Origin: Actinomycetota bacterium
GTDB lineage: Bacteria > Actinomycetota > Aquicultoria > UBA3085 > Oleimmundimicrobiaceae
Direction: 5' to 3'
Length of the DNA: 55,919 bases
Assembly (NCBI GenBank): GCA_037441605.1
Contig: JBBIRY010000002.1
Location: 1 to 55,919, forward strand
Numbering within the stretch: the first letter of the stretch is position 1; each line of letters begins with the position of its first letter. The notes under the pieces were generated by a model. It was not told the origin of the DNA. It saw nothing but the letters and a program-made list of their open reading frames with translations, and ran no database searches. This document shows, one piece after another, positions 48,807 through 55,919 of the stretch. A program made the position numbers and the translations under genes.

Positions 48807-49556
48807 CTACTCCGATTTCCCCTCTTCATTTAAAGCGGCATATTTGAGGCGGTATAAGGAGAAGAGAAAGAGGCCAAGACTTATTATCTGTGCGCCAGTT
48901 AAAGTGAGAAAGACCGGCTTTGAGACGCGAAAGAATTCGACCGTAAAGCGGCCCAAGGCGTAGAGCAAAAGAAAGAGAAAGAAGCGATCGCCATCTTTTT
49001 TGCCCGATGAAAAGAAGAAATGGAGGTAGAAAAAAATGGCTAAGTTGTAGAGAAAATCATAGATCTGGGTTGGGTGACGAGAGTTGAAAATGGCCCCGAA
49101 GATGCCGCTTGCTCTTGGGCCTAGAAGCTCCCCGTAGCAGCAACCTGCAAAAAAGCATCCGATTCGGCCGATAGCCGCCCCGAAAGCAAGAGCGGGAGAA
49201 GCCGCGTCAGAAATGACCAAGACAGAAAGGTGCCTTCGTTTAAGCAGTGCGGCTACGAAAAGAAATCCTCCAAGCAGGCCTCCATAGAATATCAAGCCAT
49301 CCTGAATCGAAAAGAGCCGTAAGGGATAGGCTAGGTAATAGCCGGGGTGGGTGATTATGTAAAGTATCCGCCCTCCTAGGATTCCTCCTATCGCGCCGTA
49401 TATGATCAAATCATAGGCGAGATCAGCTTCAAATCCCTTTTTTACGAGTTCTCTTCTGATAAGGATACAGGCGGCCAAGAAAGCTAAAGATAGAAAGAAG
49501 CCGTAAGAATAAACCGTAACTCTGCCAAGCTGAATCAGTATCGGTCTTAACGTTAT
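48807..49556 (-). CDS. lgt: phosphatidylglycerol--prolipoprotein diacylglyceryl transferase
   Basis: GRIGCFFAGCCYG and HPTQIY motifs. The conserved N-terminal helix (PILIQLGRVTVYSYG) lies upstream of the ORF-track TTG (49478) with no canonical start. The candidate start is ATA 49556, after AAAGGGTAGG. Confidence 0.85.
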   Translation of the reverse strand: MTLRPILIQLGRVTVYSYGFFLSLAFLAACILIRRELVKKGFEADLAYDLIIYGAIGGILGGRILYIITHPGYYLAYPLRLFSIQDGLIFYGGLLGGFLFVAALLKRRHLSVLVISDAASPALAFGAAIGRIGCFFAGCCYGELLGPRASGIFGAIFNSRHPTQIYDFLYNLAIFFYLHFFFSSGKKDGDRFFLFLLLYALGRFTVEFFRVSKPVFLTLTGAQIISLGLFLFSLYRLKYAALNEEGKSE

Positions 49557-49573
49557 CGCCTACCCTTTCGCTT

Positions 49574-50074
49574 TTAGGAAGACCTTCTCAAAAAAAGCTG
49601 GCTGAAGACGAGGATGATCATCCCAACGGTTATGGCTGCATCGGCCAGGTTGAAGACCGGCCAGATCAAAAAGTCCAAAAAATCGGTGACGGTTCCAATC
49701 GTTATGCGGTCAAAGAGATTGCTTAGTGCCCCGCCAATCAGAAGACTCAAAGCTATTCGATCGATTCGTCCAAGATTATCCTGGGTCTGGTTGAAGAAAA
49801 CAAGGATGAACAGAGTTAAAATCGAAACAGAAATCAGAAGTATTCTTCCGTTTGCCAAGATACCAAAGGCCGCTCCGCTGTTTTCCACATGGGTTAAATG
49901 AAATAGGCCAGAGATTAAAGGGAGGCTCTCACCCTCAGCTAAATTAAGTCGCGTCAATATCTTGGTGGCTTGATCGATAAGAAGAAGAGCAGCGGCAAGA
50001 AGGTACACTTTATCAATTTCTGTTACTCCGCGATCGGCATCAATTACCAGTTTTTTTCTTCTTTCTTTTTGCAT
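49574..50074 (-). CDS. lspA: lipoprotein signal peptidase II
   Basis: IDQATK, NSGAAFG and FNLADA motifs. The start is uncertain. The options are ATG 50074 (no SD, 31 nt overlap with the upstream gene), ATT 50017 (GGAG 8 nt upstream) and GTG 50008. The ORF-track start at 50146 is unlikely. Confidence 0.85.
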   Translation of the reverse strand: MQKERRKKLVIDADRGVTEIDKVYLLAAALLLIDQATKILTRLNLAEGESLPLISGLFHLTHVENSGAAFGILANGRILLISVSILTLFILVFFNQTQDNLGRIDRIALSLLIGGALSNLFDRITIGTVTDFLDFLIWPVFNLADAAITVGMIILVFSQLFLRRSS

Positions 50075-50415
50075 TCCAAGCAGAGATCGACATAGGGAAG
50101 CGCCTTCAGGCGAGCCGGATCGATCTCGTCCCCGCAGACGACGCATTTTCCATAAGTTCCCTTCTCGAGGCGGACCAAAGACTCTTCGACTCTGGATAGA
50201 AGGTCTCGGATATTCCTCTCGAGCGAGAGGTCCTTTTCCCGCTCAAAGGTTGCGGTGCCGCAATCTGCAAAATTATCTTCGTAAGAGTTCTCTCCGGTCA
50301 TCTCGGATTGGGATTGCTTCATATTCTCTTCCTCTAGAACCTTAAGTTCACCCCAAAGACGAACCTTCTCTTCGTTTAGTCTCTTCTTGAGGAGTTCAAG
50401 CCTCTTCTCATCCAT
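50044..50415 (-). CDS. DksA/TraR family C4-type zinc finger protein (YlyA-like position)
   Basis: Coiled-coil N-terminus plus CVVCGDEI...CLEC. It sits between ileS and lspA, as ylyA does in B. subtilis. Confidence 0.8.
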   Translation of the reverse strand: MDEKRLELLKKRLNEEKVRLWGELKVLEEENMKQSQSEMTGENSYEDNFADCGTATFEREKDLSLERNIRDLLSRVEESLVRLEKGTYGKCVVCGDEIDPARLKALPYVDLCLECKKKEEKNW

Positions 50416-50441
50416 TTTTGTGTCCTCCTGGGAACCTTAGT

Positions 50442-53219
50442 TTAAGCGATTGCTTCCAAACATCTAGAGCAAATACTCGGATGGTCGGCATCCTCCCCAA
50501 CCGAGTTCTTAAAGTTCCAGCATCTTTCACACTTATCACCTTGGGCTCTTGCGACTTCTATCCAAACGCCTTGGGTCTCTTCGCAAGCTTTTGCTCCCTC
50601 TCCAATATCGTCAGAGCCGACTATTATCTTTACAGAGGAAACGATGAAGATGGTCGTAAGAAGATCTTTGGATGGCTCAATCTTTGCGGCTGTCTTGGGA
50701 TCGGCGAATATCTTCACCTCGGCTTCGAGGGAGTTGCCGATCAATTTATCTACCCTTGCCTCCTCGAGAGTTTTCAGAACATCGTTTCTGAGTCCAAATA
50801 AGAACTTAAACCTTTCTTCGAGATCAAGATCGACAAGCTTAGGCCGGTATTTTGGCCAATCTGCAAGCTGGGCGCTTGGAACCGATTTAAACGTGGAAGG
50901 AAGCGAACTCCAAGCGTCCTCGGCGGTAAATGAAAGGATGGGCGTAAGAAGAGAAAGAAGCGTCATCAAGATGTGGTGAAGAACCGTTTGGGAAGAGCGT
51001 CTCTCTTTCGAATCAGCCTTAAGAGTATATAGCCCATCCTTTAAGACATCGAGATAGAAGGAGCTGAGTTCGATGACGCAGAAGTTGTAGATCGAATGGA
51101 AGACCATGTGGAACTTGAACTCTTCATAGGCCTCACTGACCGTTTTTATGAGAGATTGAAGGCGGCTAAGAGCCCATAGATCTATCTCGCTCATCTCTTT
51201 TGGGGAGAGAGAATTTTTTTCGGGCTCGAAGTCATAAAGGTTGCCCATCAGAAAGCGCAAGGTATTTCTGATCCTACGGTAAGCCTCAGAGATGCGATCA
51301 AGTATCTCGGAAGAGATTGCGATATCAGAGGCATAATCGGCCGAACTCACCCAGAGGCGAAGTATGTCCGCCCCCGACGTTTTTATGACTTCAAGCGGAT
51401 CGACTACATTGCCAAGAGATTTTGACATCTTTCTCCCCTGTCCATCGACTAAAAAACCATGGGTGAGAACGGTCTTGAAGGGAGCCTTCTCAAATATTCC
51501 GACCGAAGTCAAGAGCGATGATTGAAACCAGCCCCTATGTTGGTCGCTTCCCTCCAGATAGAGGTCGGCTGGCCAACTCAAGTCGCCTCGCTCCTTTAAG
51601 ACGGCGACATGGCTTACGCCCGATTCGAACCAGACGTCCAAAATATCCTCTTCTTTTTCGAATTCATCTCCACCGCAATCAGGGCAAATGAATCCGGCTG
51701 GCAGAATCTCTTGGGCGGGAAGAAGAAACCAGGAGTCTGCTCCCTTTTGGCTAAAGAGCTCCGCCACAGCTTTGATCGATTCCTTGGTTATCACTTCTTT
51801 TTTACAAGACTTGCAAAAGAAGGCCGGGATCGGTACTCCCCAAGAACGCTGACGTGAAATGCACCAGTCTGGTCTCTCCTGAATCATCGATAGAATGCGC
51901 TTCTTGCTCCATGCGGGAACCCAATCTACCTGGTCAATCTCAAGAAGAGCTTTCTCTCTTAAGCCCGCGGCCTCCATTGAGACGAACCATTGTTCGGTCG
52001 CCCTGAAGATGACCGGCTTCTTACAGCGCCAACAGTGCGGATAAGAGTGATCAATCGATTTAGAGGCAAAAAGCAGGCCGCTTGCCTCCAGATCGGCTAT
52101 GATCTCCTTGTTAGCCTCTTTGATATGCTTTCCTTTGTATTTTCCGGCCTGGTCGGTGAAGAAGCCGTCTTCATCAACGGGCATGATGGTCTCAAGTCCG
52201 TAGCTCTGTCCGATATGATAATCATCCTGACCGTGACCGGGAGCAATATGGACGACCCCGGTTCCCGTATCTAAGCTTACGAAGTCTGCCAAAACGACTT
52301 TTGAGATTCTTTCCATAAAGGGATGTTTGACGCGGGCGGTTTGAAGGTCGCTTCCGCTAAAAGTCGAAATGACTTCAATCTCTGACTCTTCGAGTAGCGA
52401 CTTCAAAAGGTCCTTGGCCAAAATCAGAATTTCACTATTGAGCTTGACCGCGACATAGGCGGCTTTTGGGTGAACGGCGACGGCGACGTTGGCCGGAAGT
52501 GTCCAAGGGGTGGTCGTCCAGATTAAGATTGAAGCGGGAAGAGATGGTTTATCCAAAACTTCAAGCCCGCCCTCAAGTGGAAACTTCACAAAGATTGAAG
52601 GGGATGATTCATCGAAGTATTCGATCTCTGCCTCGGCCAGGGCGGTTTTGCAATGGTAGCACCAATGAATTGGCTTTCTGCCTTTGTATATGTGACCCCG
52701 TTCAAAAAGCTCGCCAAAGACTTCAATATTGACCGCTTCATAACGATTCTTCAATGTCAGGTAAGGTTCTTCAAAATCTCCTCTGACGCCAAGTCTTTCG
52801 AATTGATCGGACTGTTTCTTGACGAAATCCAAGGCATAATCTCTGCAAAGCTTCCTTAGTTCGGCCTTGCTCAAGGAGGCTTTCTTGTCGCCTAAGGACT
52901 TTTCAACGTTATGCTCGATCGGTTGGCCATGACAGTCCCAACCGGGAACATAGGGACTGTTAAAACCCTTCATGCTCCTATGTTTGACGATTATATCCTT
53001 GAGCACTTTATTTAAAGTGTGGCCTAAGTGGATGTTTCCATTGGCATAAGGAGGCCCGTCATGAAGGATGTATTCATCAGCCGAAGCGTTCTTTTCGCAA
53101 GCCAAGCGATAGAGGCCCAACTCTTTCCAAAATTTGATAATTTCGGGCTCTCTTGCCGCCAAGTTGGCTTTCATGGAAAAATCGGTCTTGGGAAGGTTTA
53201 AAGTCTTTTTGTAATCCAT
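50442..53219 (-). CDS. ileS: isoleucine--tRNA ligase
   Basis: HIGH-type motif (GNIHLGH), KMSKS, a CP1 editing domain, and a C-terminal Zn motif CERCWNF...CSRC. Confidence 0.97.
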   Translation of the reverse strand: MDYKKTLNLPKTDFSMKANLAAREPEIIKFWKELGLYRLACEKNASADEYILHDGPPYANGNIHLGHTLNKVLKDIIVKHRSMKGFNSPYVPGWDCHGQPIEHNVEKSLGDKKASLSKAELRKLCRDYALDFVKKQSDQFERLGVRGDFEEPYLTLKNRYEAVNIEVFGELFERGHIYKGRKPIHWCYHCKTALAEAEIEYFDESSPSIFVKFPLEGGLEVLDKPSLPASILIWTTTPWTLPANVAVAVHPKAAYVAVKLNSEILILAKDLLKSLLEESEIEVISTFSGSDLQTARVKHPFMERISKVVLADFVSLDTGTGVVHIAPGHGQDDYHIGQSYGLETIMPVDEDGFFTDQAGKYKGKHIKEANKEIIADLEASGLLFASKSIDHSYPHCWRCKKPVIFRATEQWFVSMEAAGLREKALLEIDQVDWVPAWSKKRILSMIQERPDWCISRQRSWGVPIPAFFCKSCKKEVITKESIKAVAELFSQKGADSWFLLPAQEILPAGFICPDCGGDEFEKEEDILDVWFESGVSHVAVLKERGDLSWPADLYLEGSDQHRGWFQSSLLTSVGIFEKAPFKTVLTHGFLVDGQGRKMSKSLGNVVDPLEVIKTSGADILRLWVSSADYASDIAISSEILDRISEAYRRIRNTLRFLMGNLYDFEPEKNSLSPKEMSEIDLWALSRLQSLIKTVSEAYEEFKFHMVFHSIYNFCVIELSSFYLDVLKDGLYTLKADSKERRSSQTVLHHILMTLLSLLTPILSFTAEDAWSSLPSTFKSVPSAQLADWPKYRPKLVDLDLEERFKFLFGLRNDVLKTLEEARVDKLIGNSLEAEVKIFADPKTAAKIEPSKDLLTTIFIVSSVKIIVGSDDIGEGAKACEETQGVWIEVARAQGDKCERCWNFKNSVGEDADHPSICSRCLEAIA

Positions 53220-53280
53220 CTACGCTCCGCTCAGAAAAGATTCTTGGTGAAAAATATGGCCTTTAACTTTGGTTTTACAA

Positions 53281-53309
53281 AAATTATCACAGCTCAATTG
53301 GAAAGTCAA
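53281..53309 (-). promoter_or_regulatory. candidate ileS promoter
   Basis: The minus strand has TTGACT (53309-53304). It is followed either by a 15 nt spacer and TGtGATAAT (extended -10) or by a 17 nt spacer and TAATTT. It lies about 60 nt upstream of the ileS ATG. Confidence 0.4.
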
Positions 53310-53370
53310 ACCGAGAAAAGACCGATCCTTGAAGGCGGGGCGTTAGATATCTTTGAGTCGAAGGGATAGT

Positions 53371-53583
53371 TCAGCCGGTTTTTTTGCCCTCTATTTTTAT
53401 CAGCTTTTCTCTATGGGTTTTACCGGTAACTATCTCTATCTTAGACTTTGGATGAGAGGGGGTCCTTGAAAGGAGTTCTATCAGCTCCAGATTGGCCTTT
53501 GATTCGACCGGGGGAGAGGTAGGGTTGGAATCGATCTCTTTGCCGAAGAGGGCTATACTATTACCGTGATAAATGAAAAGTCT
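53371..53583 (-). CDS. DUF167 (YggU) family protein; no canonical start codon, possibly frameshifted
   Basis: Not in the ORF track. The open frame after TAA (53586-53584) translates to RLFIYHGNSIALFGKEIDSNPTSPPVESKANLELIELLSRTPSHPKSKIEIVTGKTHREKLIKIEGKKTG. This contains the DUF167 core PP-x-x-x-KAN-x-ELI...I-x-I-x-x-G-x-x-x-R-x-K. AAGGGAGG lies just upstream. Confidence 0.55.
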   Translation of the reverse strand, partial: RLFIYHGNSIALFGKEIDSNPTSPPVESKANLELIELLSRTPSHPKSKIEIVTGKTHREKLIKIEGKKTG

Positions 53584-53632
53584 TTAGCCTCCCTTGTGGC
53601 CGGCTCAGAACTTCCTTCTGTCGGCATGGGCC

Positions 53633-54259
53633 TTAACTATCTTTTAGAAAATCGACCCGGGGTCCATCGGCAAGGAAATTCGGCAAAATGTCGTTTGTGC
53701 TCTGGGGGGCTGATGGGCCGTTTGACTTCTCGGGCGTGGGGTTTTGATCCGGTCTGGCTTCGTCCTTTTGGCTCACTGATACGCCAGTAGCGCCAAAAGC
53801 CTCCATCTTTGATTCTTCGACTTTTACCGCTTCCTCCATCTTGAAGAGGAACATCTCAACCATCGACTTGAGCTTATCCTTAAAGTCATCTTTAGTTTGA
53901 AGCATTTCGGAAAGGACTTTAAGTAGCCTATCTTTGTCGCCCTCAGCTTGAGAGAGAAGAATCTTGGCTCTCATCTCAGCATCTTTGGCGGTAAGCTCGG
54001 CATCCCTTTTAGCTTTGTTTATGACCTCTTCGGCCGTTTTTTGGGCGCTTAAAAGTGTCTCTTGAATGGTGTTCTCCATGCGCTCATAGGAGCGTATCTT
54101 CTCTTGAAGCTCCAAGAGGCGGCTCTTGAGCTCCTCGTGATCTGAAGCCGTCTTATCCAGAGCCTCAGCAACCTCATCTAGGAAGACATCGACCTCTTCC
54201 TCGTTGTAGCCTCGCATAGAGCGTCTGAACTCTTTTTGGTGAATATATTTGGAATCCAA
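53633..54259 (-). CDS. divIVA: DivIVA domain cell-division/polarity protein
   Basis: N-terminal IHQKEFRRSMRGYNEEEVDVFLDEV followed by coiled coil. Confidence 0.9.
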   Translation of the reverse strand: MDSKYIHQKEFRRSMRGYNEEEVDVFLDEVAEALDKTASDHEELKSRLLELQEKIRSYERMENTIQETLLSAQKTAEEVINKAKRDAELTAKDAEMRAKILLSQAEGDKDRLLKVLSEMLQTKDDFKDKLKSMVEMFLFKMEEAVKVEESKMEAFGATGVSVSQKDEARPDQNPTPEKSNGPSAPQSTNDILPNFLADGPRVDFLKDS

Positions 54260-54283
54260 AAGTCGCTTTTCCCTTCTATTACC

Positions 54284-54583
54284 TTAAAAGCTAAGCCTTA
54301 TCAGAATTGAAAAGACCAAACGCTGTAAAAATTGTAGCAAAAAAAGCGCGATAATAGGAGTGATATCAAAACCCATCGATCCGATCATTATCGGCGGAAT
54401 GAGCTTTCGAAAGTAGGCGAGGACCGGTTCGGTCAGATCATAGACGAATTTATATATGTCTTTTAGGAGCTTGCCGCTTGGCCGAGGTAGCCAAGAAAAG
54501 ATAATCCTAAGCACTATAAGCCAGTAATAGGCAGCAAAAGTTATCTCTAAAAAATTTAGAAGCGGACTGCGATATCTAATCAC
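54284..54583 (-). CDS. yggT: YggT family membrane protein
   Basis: LIVLRIIFSWLP...TEPVLAYFRKLIPP...DITPI pattern of YggT/Ycf19. I prefer GTG 54583 (GGGAGG upstream, 8 nt overlap with proC). The ORF-track TTG is at 54601. Confidence 0.8.
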   Translation of the reverse strand: MIRYRSPLLNFLEITFAAYYWLIVLRIIFSWLPRPSGKLLKDIYKFVYDLTEPVLAYFRKLIPPIMIGSMGFDITPIIALFLLQFLQRLVFSILIRLSF

Positions 54584-55391
54584 TCTCCTGAAGCCTCCCA
54601 AGTTCTTCGCCTCTCAAAAAAGCGGCCTTTGCCGCTTCTTTGATTGATCCGTAAAGGTCATTCTTTTCGAATGAGCTCAAAGCCGCCTCCGTAGTTCCTT
54701 TAGGGGAGGCAACCATTTCGATCAAATCGGTCAATTCTTTGCCCGAAAACTTTGCCATCCTGGCCGAGCCGTACATCGTCTCTATAACGAGCTTCTTGGC
54801 AAGAGAGATCTCTAGGCCCATATCTTGAGCGGCCTTTATCAGAAGCTCGGCAAAGAGATAAAAATATGCCGGACCAGAACCGCTTATAGCCGTTATGTGA
54901 TTCATCAAGCCTTCATCGACAACCACCGTCTCTCCGATCCCACCGATTATCTTTAAGACTAAACCTTGAGAGACCTCGTCTATTCCATCGCCAAAACTTA
55001 TCGCCGATATCCCGCTAGAAAGGAGAGCGGGGTTATTCGGCATAACTCTTACCACCCGCTTACTCTCACCGAGAGCCTTGTTCATGGTTTTTATCGAAAG
55101 TCCGGCAACAATGGAGAGCAGAATCTTGTCTGAGGTCAACCCGCTTGAAATATCGCTCATGACGGCTTTTGCGTCTTGCGGCTTGACCGCCAAAATCAGA
55201 ATATCGCAGGCCTTGACCGCCTCGTTTGGGTCTTTCGCCGGGTTTATTCCATAAATTTTCTCAAGCTCTAATAGCCGCTCAAATTTTATATCATAAGCGT
55301 AGATGCTTGAAGCGGGTAAAACCTCTGATTCCACGATCCCCTTGACCATTGCTTCACACATCTTGCCCGCGCCAAGAAAGGCTATGACCAT
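54576..55391 (-). CDS. proC: pyrroline-5-carboxylate reductase
   Basis: FLGAGKM NADP loop and SPKGTTEAAL signature. Confidence 0.92.
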   Translation of the reverse strand: MVIAFLGAGKMCEAMVKGIVESEVLPASSIYAYDIKFERLLELEKIYGINPAKDPNEAVKACDILILAVKPQDAKAVMSDISSGLTSDKILLSIVAGLSIKTMNKALGESKRVVRVMPNNPALLSSGISAISFGDGIDEVSQGLVLKIIGGIGETVVVDEGLMNHITAISGSGPAYFYLFAELLIKAAQDMGLEISLAKKLVIETMYGSARMAKFSGKELTDLIEMVASPKGTTEAALSSFEKNDLYGSIKEAAKAAFLRGEELGRLQESD

Positions 55392-55400
55392 TGAACCCCT

Positions 55401-55916
55401 TTAAGTGAGATTGTTAGATTGATTATAAAGGCCCTTCTCCCGAAGCCTGCGGTGTTCTTCTGCCGATACTTGGACATTTGCCGGGGTGATCAAGAAGACG
55501 CGATCTGCTACCTTCTGAATACCGCCATCTAGCCCGTAGGTTAAACCGCTGGCAAAATCGATGAGCCTCTTTGATGTCTCTTGATCTAAGAGCTGTAGAT
55601 TGATTATAACCGGGATGGTCGCCTTGAACTTGTCTGCGATATTCTGAACGTCGTTGAACGTCTTGGGTTCTACTATGTGAACCCTGGGTTGAGCGGGTCC
55701 AATAGTTCTTAAGGAAGGAGTTTCTGGCACCTTTACCGGTTCGCTTGGTTGATGCTCGGGCGCTCTCCTCCCTACTCTCCTGATTGTAGAGCGCATGGCA
55801 TACGGGTCTTCATATGCGTATTCATCTTCCAAAGCCATCTCGTCAAAGTCATCATATTCATCGTAATCATCGACCAGCCCAAAATAAGCCATCGTCCTTC
55901 TGAAGAATCCACTCAA
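55401..55916 (-). CDS. sepF: cell division protein SepF
   Basis: N-terminal AYFGLVDDYDEYDD (actinobacterial-type membrane-targeting helix plus acidic linker). The C-terminal SepF core reads IPVIINLQLLD...AKRLIDF-like...VFLITPANV. The TTG start is 3 nt from the window end, so the N-terminus could extend further. Confidence 0.85.
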   Translation of the reverse strand: MSGFFRRTMAYFGLVDDYDEYDDFDEMALEDEYAYEDPYAMRSTIRRVGRRAPEHQPSEPVKVPETPSLRTIGPAQPRVHIVEPKTFNDVQNIADKFKATIPVIINLQLLDQETSKRLIDFASGLTYGLDGGIQKVADRVFLITPANVQVSAEEHRRLREKGLYNQSNNLT

Positions 55917-55919
55917 CGC

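Noticed and set aside
51983-51996. A third perfect CGAAC-N4-GTTCG LexA-type palindrome (CGAACCATTGTTCG), located inside ileS.
   Set aside because: It lies deep in coding sequence. On the coding strand it spells the codons for the highly conserved IleRS peptide T-E-Q-W-F (ACC GAA CAA TGG TTC G). The palindrome is most simply a by-product of those codons, and no promoter context is present.
53220-53370. Expected T-box leader or riboswitch upstream of ileS.
   Set aside because: I looked on the minus strand for the T-box core (GGUGGUACCGCG-like), a specifier-loop stem I and a terminator or sequestrator, and found none. Most of the apparent 413 nt gap is taken up by the DUF167 frame. The remaining roughly 150 nt contains only a promoter-like element and an SD.

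Overview
This window is a tightly packed core chromosomal segment from a Gram-positive-type bacterium. Gene order resembles Firmicutes and deep Actinobacteria. I count about 55 protein genes, and all but three are on the minus strand. Many have overlapping stop and start codons, which suggests long operons. In the direction of transcription (high to low coordinates) the blocks are: sepF-proC-yggT-divIVA-(DUF167)-ileS-dksA/ylyA-like-lspA-lgt-rluD; rpsB-tsf-pyrH-frr-uppS-cdsA-dxr-rseP-ispG-proS-GT2; rimP-nusA-ylxR-infB-DUF503-rbfA-nrnA-truB-ribF-rpsO-pnp-M16 peptidase-dapB-dapA-rnj-uppP-ftsK-rodZ-yajQ-rimO-pgsA-cinA-thpR-recA-recX; rny-GHKL ATPase-PHP phosphoesterase-ZIP transporter; miaB-LigB/AMMECR1 fusion-acyP; pyrR-pyrB-pyrC'. 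The only plus-strand genes are accessory-looking: a polyprenyl synthase, a phytoene/squalene synthase, and a Cas4-like PD-(D/E)XK nuclease. I saw no rRNA, tRNA, CRISPR array, IS element or obvious defence island, so this is mostly an ordinary housekeeping region. The points worth a second look are as follows. (1) Several conserved genes (lgt, pgsA, probably cdsA, possibly lspA) have their conserved N-termini upstream of any ATG/GTG/TTG, which suggests AUA/AUC/AUU initiation. (2) A DUF167/YggU gene between divIVA and ileS is missing from the ORF track because it has no canonical start; a frameshift is the alternative explanation. (3) A perfect GAAC-N4-GTTC LexA box sits inside a consensus promoter driving the Fe-S Cas4-like nuclease, with the same architecture at recA. 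(4) A heavily decayed crtI phytoene desaturase remnant lies next to apparently intact crtE-like and crtB-like genes. (5) An orphan GHKL ATPase plus a PHP phosphoesterase occupy the slot after rny that ymdB usually fills. (6) NusA carries a CX9CX10CX2H zinc-knuckle tail. (7) Terminator-like hairpins lie between predicted promoters and the rimP-nusA and rny start codons, and could be attenuators.
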